Shown: positions 46,881-55,625 of the stretch, piece after piece
Position numbering within the stretch: the first letter of the stretch is position 1
How the letters are laid out: every line of letters starts with the position of its first letter
From: an uncultured Clostridia bacterium
GTDB taxonomy: Bacteria > Bacillota > Clostridia > TANB77 > CAG-508
DNA length: 55,635 bases
Direction: 5' to 3'
Assembly: GCA_947630445.1 (NCBI GenBank)
Contig: CANRHQ010000005.1
Coordinates: 1-55,635, forward strand
Notes under the pieces: model-generated
Told to the model about the DNA's origin: nothing
Seen by the model: the letters and a program-made list of their open reading frames with translations, nothing else
Databases searched by the model: none
Made by a program: the position numbers and the translations under genes

Positions 46881-46897
46881 CCTTCCAATAAATCTGT

Positions 46898-47890
46898 TTA
46901 TCTTTTTTTCATTAATTTTAATACCATATACCTAATATCAAAAAGAATTCTTCCAAAAAGTGGCAAGTTCATTATAATAAAATTTAAAACATAATATGAA
47001 AATGTTTCATTTTTATATAATTCATGATATATATTCCAATTTTTAAAATTAAAGTTTTTCTTTTTTTGAACCATTTGAAAATAATTTAATGCTTTTTTAT
47101 TTAACTCTTGTAACTCTTTTGGAAAACACTTATTATTTTCTACATATGTTCCAAATACTCCTAATTTTACATTTATAAATAATTCTCGAACTTGATCTAA
47201 TTTTTTAAATTTGTGTGAAATTTTATCTGTTCCTATTTGATTATTACCATGTTGCCTATATTTGATATATTTTTCTGTCATATAAGCACTTTTACCATTT
47301 AATGAAACTATTAATCCTATCCAATGGTCATGTACTACATATTTTGAATAATTAGGAATTGGTATTATTTCATTTATATATTGTTTTTTGGATAATAATG
47401 TACATCCTGTTATACAATTATATAAATAGTTTAATTTATAAGTATTTATTTGTTTTTTTATTTTTCTATTTAGTAGCATAAAATCCCCAAATGATGGATA
47501 AATTGTGTTTAAATTTTCATCTACTACTTCTAAATCTCCAAAAACTAAATCTGCATTCTTTTCTTTTAATGTTTGCATTGTTTTTTCTATTTTTTCTTCT
47601 AACCACACATCATCTTGGTCTGACAACATATAGTAATTACTTTCAACTTTTTTTAGCAAAAATTCAAAATTTTTTACATATCCTAAATTTTCTTCTTGTA
47701 GATAAACTGTAATTCTTTTATCTTTATTTTCATATTCTTTTAAGATTTCTCTTGTCATATCTTGAGAATTGTCATCTGAAATTATTAAGTGTATATTTTT
47801 ATAAGTTTGATTTAATATACTATCAATTTGTTCTCGTAAATACTTTTCACCATTATATGTAGCTAAAAGAACATCTATCTTTTCTTCCAT
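46898..47890 (-). CDS. Glycosyltransferase family 2 (rhamnosyltransferase-like)
   Basis: 330 aa. IDVLLATYNGEKYLREQIDSILNQTY, SDDNSQD and SDQDDVW motifs. Paralogue of 48761-49753 and of the N-domain of 39676-41955. Confidence 0.85.
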   Translation of the reverse strand: MEEKIDVLLATYNGEKYLREQIDSILNQTYKNIHLIISDDNSQDMTREILKEYENKDKRITVYLQEENLGYVKNFEFLLKKVESNYYMLSDQDDVWLEEKIEKTMQTLKEKNADLVFGDLEVVDENLNTIYPSFGDFMLLNRKIKKQINTYKLNYLYNCITGCTLLSKKQYINEIIPIPNYSKYVVHDHWIGLIVSLNGKSAYMTEKYIKYRQHGNNQIGTDKISHKFKKLDQVRELFINVKLGVFGTYVENNKCFPKELQELNKKALNYFQMVQKKKNFNFKNWNIYHELYKNETFSYYVLNFIIMNLPLFGRILFDIRYMVLKLMKKR

Positions 47891-47909
47891 CTATTCCTCC
47901 GATTTTATA

Positions 47910-48701
47910 TTACAATACATCTGCAAAGTCTTTTTTATTCTTTTTAAATAAATGATTTCCCCATACAAAAATTATAATTGTTAAAATCCAAAATATTGCT
48001 GTATATATTCCATGTCCTGCTGTAATTATATTTCCTCCCATAAAAGCCTGTCTAAATGCTGTTACTAAATATGTAAATGGCATACATTGAAATATTCTTA
48101 AAATTGTTGTATGTTCTGAAATCATCGTTAATCCCCAAACAATTGGTGTTGCCCAGAAAAATAGTTGCATTACTATTGCTAGTAAATTTGAAAAGTCTGG
48201 TACTAGTGTTGTAATAGCAGAAGTAAATCTTGTTAATGCTATGATAAATATATAAGCTGAAACTAATACATATATTACTTCTAGTATATTAGGTATATAA
48301 CCAAATATTATACAAACAACTGCTGCTATTAAAAATAAAAATATAGATACTATGCTATTTCCTGTTATTGTAATCATTGGTATTATATCAACTGGGAAAA
48401 CTACTTTTTTTACTAAATATGCATATGCTCTAATAGAAGTACTTGCTCCCATAATATTATCATTTAAACACATCCACATTGCCATACCTGGTAAAAACCA
48501 AACTACATATGGTGAGTTTCCTTCTCCTGTTGTTTTAAATATAAATTGAAATACTACTACATACATCATCATAAATACAAAAGGTTGTAAAAATCCCCAT
48601 ATGCTTCCTAGGCTTGTACTTGCAAATCTATTTTTAAAATCATTTTTTCCTAATTTTAAAATTAATTTTCTGTTTTTTATAATTTCTTTTATAAACTCCA
48701 T
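47910..48701 (-). CDS. Polysaccharide-export ABC-2 type permease (Wzm/TagG-like)
   Basis: 263 aa, 6 TM. N-terminal LILKLGKNDFKNRFASTSLGSIWGFLQP is typical of ABC-2 permeases. Confidence 0.85.
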   Translation of the reverse strand: MEFIKEIIKNRKLILKLGKNDFKNRFASTSLGSIWGFLQPFVFMMMYVVVFQFIFKTTGEGNSPYVVWFLPGMAMWMCLNDNIMGASTSIRAYAYLVKKVVFPVDIIPMITITGNSIVSIFLFLIAAVVCIIFGYIPNILEVIYVLVSAYIFIIALTRFTSAITTLVPDFSNLLAIVMQLFFWATPIVWGLTMISEHTTILRIFQCMPFTYLVTAFRQAFMGGNIITAGHGIYTAIFWILTIIIFVWGNHLFKKNKKDFADVL

Positions 48702-48760
48702 TTTTATGCTCCTATCTTTTGGAAATTATATTATATCATCTTTAAAAAATCAATATTCTA

Positions 48761-49753
48761 TTATTCTACTTTTATATTAGAAAATTTTAAATATCCTATT
48801 ATAGGAAAATGAAATAAGATTATCTCTCTAATCATTTTCTTTCCTAAGTTTTTTCCTGCTAAAATATAAAAATAATCTTTTATGTTTTTTAGATTTATTT
48901 TTTTCGTTTCTAATATTGCTTCATAGTATTTTGAAGCATATTCTATAAATTGTTTATTTTCCTCATTTTTTACATATTTTTTGCACATTCTAATTCCATC
49001 TGCATATGCTTTTGTTATTGCACTTTTTCTATAATCCAAATAAGATTTATAATCTCCTCCATTTTCCTTTTTCCACCTACTAATATTTTGAGATAGACTT
49101 CTACCTCCAAATACATTTGTACTATGTAATCTATAGTCAAATAAAGGTTCATATATATAACTTATTCCTTTTTCTTCGTTAGCTAAAAATGCTGATAACC
49201 AATCATGTGCTACAAACCATTTTTTAAATGGTATCATTTTATTTCTAATTTCTTTTGTAATCATTTGTGAGCATCCAATGCCAACACATCTTGATATTGC
49301 TAATTTACTTTTTCCTTTTACTAATGGTACATTTTTATATTTAAAATAATCTTTTTTTATAACTTCATCTTTTTCATTTATTTGTCTACAGTTACAATAT
49401 ACCATATCAACATTATCTTCTTGTAATTTTTTTAATGTTTTTTCTACTTTGTCTTTATACCATATATCATCATGATCAGAAAACATGATATATTTCGCTT
49501 TAGATTTTTTTAATAAGAATTCAAAGTTTTTATTATATCCTAAATTTATTGGTTGAATATAAATTTTTATCCTTGGATCGTTTTTTTCGTATTCTCTTAA
49601 TATTGGCTCTATTTTGTCATTTGTTGATCTATCATCACTTATGTATATTTTTATATTTTTGTATGTTTGTTGCAATATACTATCTATTTGCTTTTTTAAA
49701 AATATTTCGTTTGTGTTATAAGTTGTGAGTAATATATCTACTAATTCCTCCAT
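48761..49753 (-). CDS. Glycosyltransferase family 2 (rhamnosyltransferase-like)
   Basis: 330 aa. VDILLTTYNTNEIFLKKQIDSILQQTY, SDDRSTND and SDHDDIW motifs. Confidence 0.85.
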   Translation of the reverse strand: MEELVDILLTTYNTNEIFLKKQIDSILQQTYKNIKIYISDDRSTNDKIEPILREYEKNDPRIKIYIQPINLGYNKNFEFLLKKSKAKYIMFSDHDDIWYKDKVEKTLKKLQEDNVDMVYCNCRQINEKDEVIKKDYFKYKNVPLVKGKSKLAISRCVGIGCSQMITKEIRNKMIPFKKWFVAHDWLSAFLANEEKGISYIYEPLFDYRLHSTNVFGGRSLSQNISRWKKENGGDYKSYLDYRKSAITKAYADGIRMCKKYVKNEENKQFIEYASKYYEAILETKKINLKNIKDYFYILAGKNLGKKMIREIILFHFPIIGYLKFSNIKVE

Positions 49754-49786
49754 TTAATGTTCCTTTCAATTCTATAATTCTGTTTA

Positions 49787-49815
49787 ATTATATCATTGTT
49801 CTTTATATTTTTCTA
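49787..49815 (-). promoter_or_regulatory. Possible promoter for the glycopolymer operon
   Basis: TAGAAA (rc 49810-49815), 17-nt spacer, TGa-TATAAT (rc 49787-49795, extended -10), in the 70-bp gap after recO. Confidence 0.4.
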
Positions 49816-49823
49816 CATATATG

Positions 49824-50540
49824 CTAAAATTTATACTGTTTTTCCAATTTCTCATTAAAATATAATTTTGATATTAATTTTAGTTCATTTAAAGATTCAT
49901 CTTTTAAATTAAATGAATAAAGTTTTTTAGCTGGTGCCATTATAATATATTTTATTGCATTCATAGTGCTTTCACTCATTTGCAAACAGCTTTTGTCTTG
50001 TTTACTGCATGGTTCACATTTGAATCCATTATCTTTTAAGCTAAAATATTTTAGTTTTTCCTTTTCATCACAATTTGTACATTTGGATATTATTGGTGTA
50101 AATCCTAGGAAACATAATAATTTCATTTTAAAAATACTTATTATTAATTCGGGATCTTTATCTGTTTCTGATAATGTGTATAATGTATTTAAGAACAATT
50201 GTAGTATTTTATAACAATTTTGATTTTCTTCTGTTACATCTCTTATTATTTTTGTCATCTCAACAGCATAATTTAATTTGTCTAAATCTGTTCTTATATT
50301 GTAAAACACTTCTATTGTTTCACATGAGTTTATATTATATGTATTTGCTCCTTTATACATTAAGTATTCCCCAAAACACAAAAATTGTGTGCCAGCAAGT
50401 AAGGCGCTTTTTTGTCTTCTTGCGCCCTTTGCTACACACGATATTTTTCCTAATCCTGGTGTTAACATTGTTAACATTTTATCATAATCTCCTAAGTTAT
50501 TTTCAGAAATTATTATTCCACTCATTTTTATTGTTCCCAT
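49824..50540 (-). CDS. recO: DNA repair protein RecO
   Basis: 238 aa. N-terminal OB-fold segment (GIIISENNLGDYDKMLTMLTPGLGKISCVAKGARR) and a zinc-finger-like CxxC..CxxC (CTNCDEK...CEPC). An alternative ATG lies at 50525. Confidence 0.85.
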   Translation of the reverse strand: MGTIKMSGIIISENNLGDYDKMLTMLTPGLGKISCVAKGARRQKSALLAGTQFLCFGEYLMYKGANTYNINSCETIEVFYNIRTDLDKLNYAVEMTKIIRDVTEENQNCYKILQLFLNTLYTLSETDKDPELIISIFKMKLLCFLGFTPIISKCTNCDEKEKLKYFSLKDNGFKCEPCSKQDKSCLQMSESTMNAIKYIIMAPAKKLYSFNLKDESLNELKLISKLYFNEKLEKQYKF

Positions 50541-50658
50541 TTTGCTCCGCCTTTTGTCCTTGTATTTGTTCTTCTAAACTTTGAATTTCTTTTAGTTCTA
50601 AAAAAGTATTTACATCTCCTGTATTTTTAAAGGTATTCCATGCGATTTTTTTAATCAT
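50503..50658 (-). CDS. yqzL: YqzL-like small protein (51 aa)
   Basis: Below the track cutoff. ATG = rc 50656-50658 with GGAAGTGAG upstream. Encodes MIKKIAWNTFKNTGDVNTFLELKEIQSLEEQIQGQKAEQNGNNKNEWNNNF. Position between era and recO and the W..F..TG....YL..KE pattern match Bacillus yqzL. Confidence 0.6.
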   Translation of the reverse strand: MIKKIAWNTFKNTGDVNTFLELKEIQSLEEQIQGQKAEQNGNNKNEWNNNF

Positions 50659-50725
50659 AAGCTCACTTCCTTTAATTCTATCTTTTGCAATTAATTGAAT
50701 AATTATTCAAAATTTTAAATTACAA

Positions 50726-51628
50726 TTATTTTAGTTTAAATCTTTTTATTATTGATGGATCATCTTGCCAATCTTCTTTAACTTTTACCCATGTTTTTAG
50801 GTTTACTTTTGTACCAAAACTTTTTTCCATTTCTATTCTAGCAGATTGACCTATTCTTTTTAACATGTTGCCATCTTTACCTATTATTATTCCTTTATGT
50901 GAATTTCGTAAACAATATATTGTTGCAATAATATCATATATTTGTTCATGTTGCTTATTTTTTCTTAACTTCATTTTTTCTACTTCTACATATATACCAT
51001 GTGGTACTTCATCTTGTAAAAGATTTAATGCTTTTTCTCTAATTATTTCTTCTGCTAGTTGTCTCATTGTTTGATCTGTATATTCTTCTACACTATAATA
51101 TGCAGGTCCTGGTTTTAAGTTCTTTTCGATTTCACATAAAATAGTTTCTTTATATTTTTCTTTTAGTGAAGAAACTGGTATTACAGCTTCAAAAGGATAT
51201 TCTTTTTGATATAGACTAATTAATTTTAACAAGCATTCTTTTTTTACTAAGTCGATTTTGTTAATAATCAAAATTGCTTTTTTGTGTGATTCTTTAATTT
51301 TTTCAAGAATCCTCATGTCTCCTCTACCTATTTCATTACTCGTTGCTTCTATTACAAATAATATTATATCTATTTCACTTATAGTTGAAAATGATGTTTC
51401 TATCATTGTTTCATTTAATTTTGTTTTTGGTTTATGAATTCCTGGTGTATCTATAAATATAATTTGTGAATTTTCTCTATTTACAATCCCTTTGATTGCT
51501 GTTCTAGTTGTTTGTACTTTATTTGCCGTTGCAGCAACTTTTTCTCCTACAAGTAGGTTAACTAATGTGGATTTTCCCACATTAGTTCTTCCTAGTACTG
51601 CTACAAAGCCTGATTTGAATTCTGACAC
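50726..51628 (-). CDS. era: GTPase Era
   Basis: 300 aa. G1 GRTNVGKST, G3 DTPG, G4 NKID, and a C-terminal KH domain (IIGKDGNMLKRIG). Confidence 0.95.
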   Translation of the reverse strand: MSEFKSGFVAVLGRTNVGKSTLVNLLVGEKVAATANKVQTTRTAIKGIVNRENSQIIFIDTPGIHKPKTKLNETMIETSFSTISEIDIILFVIEATSNEIGRGDMRILEKIKESHKKAILIINKIDLVKKECLLKLISLYQKEYPFEAVIPVSSLKEKYKETILCEIEKNLKPGPAYYSVEEYTDQTMRQLAEEIIREKALNLLQDEVPHGIYVEVEKMKLRKNKQHEQIYDIIATIYCLRNSHKGIIIGKDGNMLKRIGQSARIEMEKSFGTKVNLKTWVKVKEDWQDDPSIIKRFKLK

Positions 51629-51643
51629 TGTTTTCTCCTTTTA

Positions 51644-53956
51644 TTAATTATCTATTTTTTCAGCTGGCTTAACTGTATATTCTAAAATATTAATTGTTTT
51701 TATTATTAGTTTAGAGGCTTCATCTTTTTCGTCTTCTAACATTCCTACTCTAACTATTTTTTTACTTTCTAATTTTAAATCTGTATCTAAAATATTTGCT
51801 ATTATCCTTGTATCTTTATCCATTCCTACTGGCAATGTCTTATTTTGATTGTCATAATATACACAATTTGAAAATGCAATTGCATTTATATTCTGTCCCA
51901 AATTTACTTTATATAAATTTATTTTTGTACTTTCTGTTTCTTTTAATGCCTTTTCTATTTCTTTTTCTGGGTTTAGATTAAATACATTTAAAGCATTTGG
52001 ATTTATTGTTTCATCTTCTTCTGTCCACTTATATCCTGAAATTTCTTGGTCTAATTTATTTTTCTTTAGAGCATCCATCATTACTATTATTTGATGATTT
52101 AGTGCTACTTTATAGTCTACTGCTTGAGTTTCTTTAGATATTCTTAATATTGAATATTTATTTTTTGGTTGCTCTCTATGCGTTTTATTTGCTAATTTTG
52201 TTACTTTTCTAGTATCTTCTGCTAAACTTCCAAATATATCTATGACATCTTCTTCTGTCATGTCTTTTTCATTTTTTAAATCTGTTTTTATTTTTCTTAA
52301 TGATTGCTCTAATTCTTTTGGTTCTACTGTATTTGTTTTTAATTTATTCATTATTTTTATTTGTTCTGTTGTAGCTAGATATAAACTATCTAATTCTTCT
52401 TTTGTTAGTATTTTTCTTTGAATTTCATCCATATTTTTTCCGAATTCATCAAAGTCTTCTTCATAGTCAAATACTTTTGAATGTGTTTTTACATTTACTT
52501 GTTCTTCTTCTCCTTCTTGTAGTGTTTGAACTTCATCTTTATTACTATATTTCCAAAATTCAAATATACTTTTTTTATGACTGTCTATTTCTTGAATATA
52601 TGCTGTTGCATTTTCTATTTTCTTTACTAAATTTACATTTTTTAGTTTTAATGCATTTATATCTAATCTAGCATTTTTTACTTCTGTTTCTTTTTCATTT
52701 GCTTTTTTTCCTAATTCTAAAAGTTCATCTAGTGTATATTGTTTTTTTATTGTTTCTTTTATTTCTTCTATTTGTGGTTCGATATTATTTTCTTGTTTTA
52801 TTCTGCCTTCTACTATATTTTCCTCTTTTTGTCTTGCCTTTTTTCCACTGTATTTAAAATAATATTTTACTTTTCCAAAGAAAGATTTTTTACATTCTAA
52901 AAATGTTGATATTTGTTTTTCTTTTGCCAAATATTCTTTTTCTAATGATTCTGATTGTCTCTTTAATTTTTCTAATTTTCCTTTTAATTCAAAGTTTTCT
53001 TTATTTGCTGTTTTTTCTATTTCTAATAATTTTTTATATTCATCATTTACCCAATCACTTAATTCATCATATTGTAATAATTTATCTTGATAGTGAAATT
53101 CTAAACTTCCTTGTTTGTCTATTTGTGTATCTATTTGATAATATGATGGTAGTTCTGATGCTAAAATGAATAATGCTTTTACTAATTTAAAGAATTTGGT
53201 TGATTCGATTTTGTTTGAAAGTTTTACTTTGTATTCTGATTTTATTTTCCCATATACTTCAGTCTGTCCAACTATTTGTAAACTTGCTTTTTCATTTTTG
53301 TCATATACTTCATATATTGATGGCCAATCTTTTGTAAATAGCCATAAGTAATTTTCTAAACTTTGTATTTCTGTTTTATTTAATAATTCTTTGGTATAAT
53401 CTGCATTGCTTATTGGAACAAATACTTTTCCTGCTTTTTTCTTTTCTATTTGTTTTTTTAATACATAAAAAAATGTTGAATAGTCTTTGTCTTCTGTTGG
53501 TACTATCATAAAATATTTTTGACTTTGTGAAGAATAATATATTTGCCATAAATAATTTCCTGGATATCTTACTTTGAATGGAATTTTTTTGTTGATCTCT
53601 TGTTGTTCTTTTTCTATATTTTCTATTTCTTCTATTTTAACTTCTTTTAACATTCTTAAAAATGTTTCATTTTTTTCTTTATCTTCTTCATTGTTTGGGA
53701 GTAAATAAGATATCAATGGGCTTGCTTTTGCATATTTGTCTTTTACATCATCTAATCTATTTGTTGGAGATAGTAAAATTTCTATTTCTTTTGGAGAAAC
53801 AAATCTATATTGTCTATACTTCTTTTCATCAAATCCTACATTTGGTTTGAATTGTAAGTCTTCTATTAATTTTAATGATTCTGGTATTTCTTTTAGATTT
53901 AGTCCTATATATTCTAATTTTTTTGTTAGTTCTTGTTCTCTGTTTTTCTTTTCCAA
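51644..53956 (-). CDS. Large hypothetical protein (about 770 aa), coiled-coil-rich centre
   Basis: Preferred TTG start at 53956 (GGGAG = rc 53965-53969, 8-nt spacer); an alternative ATG at 53977 has no RBS. The track start 54061 would place the terminator at 54008-54039 inside the gene. No recognisable catalytic motif. Confidence 0.7.
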   Translation of the reverse strand: MEKKNREQELTKKLEYIGLNLKEIPESLKLIEDLQFKPNVGFDEKKYRQYRFVSPKEIEILLSPTNRLDDVKDKYAKASPLISYLLPNNEEDKEKNETFLRMLKEVKIEEIENIEKEQQEINKKIPFKVRYPGNYLWQIYYSSQSQKYFMIVPTEDKDYSTFFYVLKKQIEKKKAGKVFVPISNADYTKELLNKTEIQSLENYLWLFTKDWPSIYEVYDKNEKASLQIVGQTEVYGKIKSEYKVKLSNKIESTKFFKLVKALFILASELPSYYQIDTQIDKQGSLEFHYQDKLLQYDELSDWVNDEYKKLLEIEKTANKENFELKGKLEKLKRQSESLEKEYLAKEKQISTFLECKKSFFGKVKYYFKYSGKKARQKEENIVEGRIKQENNIEPQIEEIKETIKKQYTLDELLELGKKANEKETEVKNARLDINALKLKNVNLVKKIENATAYIQEIDSHKKSIFEFWKYSNKDEVQTLQEGEEEQVNVKTHSKVFDYEEDFDEFGKNMDEIQRKILTKEELDSLYLATTEQIKIMNKLKTNTVEPKELEQSLRKIKTDLKNEKDMTEEDVIDIFGSLAEDTRKVTKLANKTHREQPKNKYSILRISKETQAVDYKVALNHQIIVMMDALKKNKLDQEISGYKWTEEDETINPNALNVFNLNPEKEIEKALKETESTKINLYKVNLGQNINAIAFSNCVYYDNQNKTLPVGMDKDTRIIANILDTDLKLESKKIVRVGMLEDEKDEASKLIIKTINILEYTVKPAEKIDN

Positions 53957-54007
53957 AATAGTCGCTCCCTTCCTCATTTTTATATAGTATATTTTACTAT
54001 TCAATTC

Positions 54008-54039
54008 AAAAAATAGCAAGATTTTTCTTGCTATTTTTT
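54008..54039 (-). terminator. Rho-independent terminator after the pilin-like FGE gene
   Basis: aaaaaatagcaag (54008-54020) pairs with cttgctatttttt (54027-54039), 6-nt loop. Confidence 0.75.
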
Positions 54040-54105
54040 GTTTTTTTATATTCAAAATCATAATGCTCTATATCTTTTGAGTAATTAATTTGAAAGCACA
54101 AATTT

Positions 54106-54262
54106 TTACTTGACGTACAGTGTGGCACGTGAACTAAGATCGATGATGCTGTCGGCAGGACTATTGCTGTCGCGGTAACTAGCTGGCCAGTTAGAACCGG
54201 AAACGCCGTAAGCGCCCCCACGATTATCACGAGAGTTGATGCCGTAAGCCTCTAGAGACCAT
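54106..54262 (-). other. Candidate DGR variable region (VR) at the 3' end of the FGE-domain gene
   Basis: Right after ..REW the codon usage flips. 21 of the last 50 codons end in C (TAC GGC ATC AAC TCC CGC GAC AGC GCC GTC..). All four Arg codons are CGT/CGC. The apparent scaffold codons lack adenine (GGG GGC GCT GTT GGT TCT TGG CCT CTT CTG). I counted 33 A in 150 nt, in an otherwise A-rich gene. Confidence 0.55.
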
Positions 54263-55512
54263 TCCCTCATGTTTCCTGCTAGGTCATATATATTTTTTAC
54301 TCTATTTAATACTTGTTCATCTTTTTTTAAATCTACTCCTGTTTTATGGTCGCTATTAGTATTATTATCACTTCCTTTTACTCCACTGTACCAGCCCATT
54401 CCACTACTATCTGTTATATAATACTTATTTCCTCCTGTTAATGTTGGATTTTTTTCATCTTTCATCCACAACATTACTTGGTCCCACTGGCATCCCCATA
54501 TCATGCTACTTGTTACACTTGACTGTGTTTTTCCTTGTGTTTTTTCTTCCTCTGTTAATGCTCCTTTTGCTATTTCTTTACTATTTTTATACATTGTATA
54601 CCAATTTGTGTCTACTGTTGGATTTTCTCCCTTTTTTACTTTTGGAATTTCATTGTCTTTTAATCCTGATGTCTCGTATCTTCCTATATAAAAACCTCCA
54701 TATTTTCCTACACTTTTTGCCATTTCATAAAATTCGTTTTGTAATTGTTCTAAAAACTTTTCACTTGTTTTTACTTCTCCTTCTACTACTTTATTTAAGT
54801 TTGTATCGCTTCCATCACATTGTGTTCCATCTCCACTAGAATTGCCAGTTACTACTGCTGGCTCTCTATATCCACTGTTCGCATTATATGTTGTATTTGA
54901 TGTTAATGTATTACCATTAATAGTTGTATATAGCTTTCCTACCAATTCTTGGTTGCTTGGCGTATGTGTTTCACTTTCACCATGAGTACAAGTGAATGTA
55001 TTTGTTTCCTTATTAAAAGTAATTGTAGATCCTGAATGCGTTTTACACATTACCATATCATTTATTGCTACTGGCACCCATACAAATTCATTTCCATCTC
55101 TATCTTGTACTACTATTCCTTCATCTATTTTGTCTCCTTCTGTTATTTTAAATCCTGCTGGTATAGTCATACTTTTGTCTCCATCTTTTACCTCTGTTGT
55201 TTCGTTAAATGGGTCAGTTTTTTCCTTTGCTTCTTCTAATGTTGTTTGTGTTGTTCCTCCACCAGAACCATCTCCTCCTGTTCCTCCGTTTACCCAATTT
55301 GGTATATCTTCTGCTGTTTTGTTAAGGTCTTGCTCTTCTTTTGCTTCCTCTTCCCTTGTTCTTTCTGCTGCTAGCTTTGCTTGGGCTATTATTCCATTTT
55401 CTCCAGTTAACATAGCAATAGCTACTCCTGCTAATATTAAAAGTACTACTATTGTTACTACTAATGCGATTAAAGTGATACCTCTTGTTGCCTTCAAATT
55501 TTTCTTTTTCAT
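54106..55512 (-). CDS. Pilin-like N-terminal module fused to an FGE-sulfatase / C-type-lectin-fold domain
   Basis: 468 aa. RBS GGAGGAAG. N-terminus MKKKNLKATRG/ITLIALVVTIVVLLILAGVAI and a Gly-rich linker. The FGE-type domain runs from MTIPAGF..FVWVP to YDLAGNMREW..RGGAY..SYR....P, matching the GN(V)WEW / RGGSW / R..R pattern of that fold. Confidence 0.85.
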   Translation of the reverse strand: MKKKNLKATRGITLIALVVTIVVLLILAGVAIAMLTGENGIIAQAKLAAERTREEEAKEEQDLNKTAEDIPNWVNGGTGGDGSGGGTTQTTLEEAKEKTDPFNETTEVKDGDKSMTIPAGFKITEGDKIDEGIVVQDRDGNEFVWVPVAINDMVMCKTHSGSTITFNKETNTFTCTHGESETHTPSNQELVGKLYTTINGNTLTSNTTYNANSGYREPAVVTGNSSGDGTQCDGSDTNLNKVVEGEVKTSEKFLEQLQNEFYEMAKSVGKYGGFYIGRYETSGLKDNEIPKVKKGENPTVDTNWYTMYKNSKEIAKGALTEEEKTQGKTQSSVTSSMIWGCQWDQVMLWMKDEKNPTLTGGNKYYITDSSGMGWYSGVKGSDNNTNSDHKTGVDLKKDEQVLNRVKNIYDLAGNMREWSLEAYGINSRDNRGGAYGVSGSNWPASYRDSNSPADSIIDLSSRATLYVK

Positions 55513-55556
55513 TTTTTCTTCCTCCGTTCTTTTGTTTATTATATTTCCTTGTAAAA

Positions 55557-55625
55557 TTTCTTTAATTTTTTATGCTTAAAGAAAATGTATGAACTAATTA
55601 TAACAAAGAGGGACAATAAGTTCAA
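55557..55625 (-). promoter_or_regulatory. Promoter plus gene-proximal repeat of a third cassette, ON orientation; distal part lies beyond the window
   Basis: TTGAAC (rc 55620-55625), 17-nt spacer, TGt-TATAAT (rc 55597-55605), 12 nt, then TTTCTTTAAGCATAAAAAATTAAAGAAA (rc 55557-55584). This element is related to the CTTTAAG..ATAAA.TTAA repeats at 107-130 and 7089-7117. Confidence 0.5.

Noticed and set aside
51644-54105. Looked downstream of the VR-like segment for the usual DGR cassette (avd, template repeat, reverse transcriptase).
   Set aside because: There is no second copy of the GC-rich segment anywhere in the window. The 770-aa ORF lacks RT motifs (no YxDD). The DGR call therefore rests on VR features alone and is flagged as such.
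54006-54230. 74-aa track ORF (GTG start) overlapping the 3' end of the FGE gene and the downstream terminator.
   Set aside because: It is out of frame with a well-supported CDS, spans the terminator hairpin and has no RBS. It exists only because the VR-like segment is GC-rich and free of stops.
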